Below, piece after piece: positions 63,395 through 64,000 of a stretch of DNA of 64,000 nucleotides. Position 1 is the stretch's first letter. Every line of letters begins with the position of its first letter. The DNA comes from Heterodontus francisci (Eukaryota), in assembly GCF_036365525.1 (NCBI RefSeq), contig NC_090372.1, forward strand, positions 168,083,771 to 168,147,770, given 5' to 3'. A program made the translations under genes and the position numbers. The notes beneath the pieces were generated by a model. It did not search any database, was not told where the DNA came from, and was given only the letters and a program-made list of their open reading frames with translations.

Positions 63395-63499
63395 TTCTGC
63401 ATGCCAGACATCCAGATGACAAAGAAAAATTCCAAATGTAATCTTTGTTTTAAAAACAAGGGACTCAAGATCTAGTTTGTTCTGTGACAGGATTCTACA

Positions 63500-63900
63500 A
63501 CACCAACAAAAACTTGAATTTATACAGCACCTTCAATGTAGGAAAATGTCCTATGGTGCTTCTAAGGGATGTAATCAGACAAAAGTAGGTGCTGAGCCAA
63601 AGAAGTAGATATTAGGATGGTGACTAAAAGGTTGGTTAAAGAGAGAGATTTTAAGGGTGACCTTAAAGGAAGAGCGAGGTGGAGAGGTTTTGGGAGAGAA
63701 TTCCAGAGCTAGGGCCTTTGTGGCTGAAGGTATTGCTGGCAATGGTGAGGAGGAGACAGTTCAGGAATAAAGAAAAAGTCAGAGTTGCGAGAACACAGTG
63801 TTCTTGGAATGTTGGAGCTTACAGAAATGGGGAGGGATGAGATCTTGGGATTTGCTGATGAGGCTGAAAATTTTTAAATCAAAGTCTTGGTGGATGGAGT
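63500..63900 (-). mobile_element. Degenerate L2 LINE 3' end
   Basis: caacaaaaacttgaatttatacagcaccttcaatgtag.. tail followed by ggagagaattccagagctagggcc (reverse complement of L2 ORF2 end). Confidence 0.7.
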
Positions 63901-64000
63901 GTTAGGCATCATATTTGACTGAGTTCAACTTTTAACTCCAAATCCTCTCGCATCACAAAGATTGCATACTTCAAACTTCGTAACATTTCCCGTCTCTGCC

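Noticed and set aside
1-64000. CRISPR arrays, prokaryotic operons, rRNA genes
   Set aside because: None seen; the sequence is vertebrate, with spliceosomal introns and no regularly spaced repeat-spacer structure

Overview
Vertebrate genomic DNA, most likely from a cartilaginous fish (shark/ray); this is inferred from HE1-type V-SINEs, abundant CR1 LINEs and an LF-SINE-like element. Two head-to-head genes are present. SKIDA1 has an intronless CDS on the minus strand (28281-30731, with a possible 14-aa extension to 30773). MLLT10/AF10 is on the plus strand, with four short PHD/zinc-knuckle coding exons (38650-38794, 43734-43813, 45181-45235, 59932-60041) that splice in frame and are not called as a gene by the ORF track; it continues beyond the window. 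The left 15 kb is a nested transposon stack (L2 > CR1 > full-length decayed Gypsy LTR element > MITE, SINE, solo LTR). About 17.8-39.2 kb is nearly TE-free and unusually CpG-retaining, with TALE/Hox-type motifs. MLLT10 introns carry a 2.5-kb purine-pyrimidine low-complexity block, many CR1/SINE insertions and a recent ~300-bp duplication. The most unusual item is a family of short non-coding, TSD-flanked, often hairpin-arranged repeats carrying a minimal hammerhead ribozyme core (Penelope-like termini). All calls are by eye; repeat boundaries are approximate unless a TSD is quoted.
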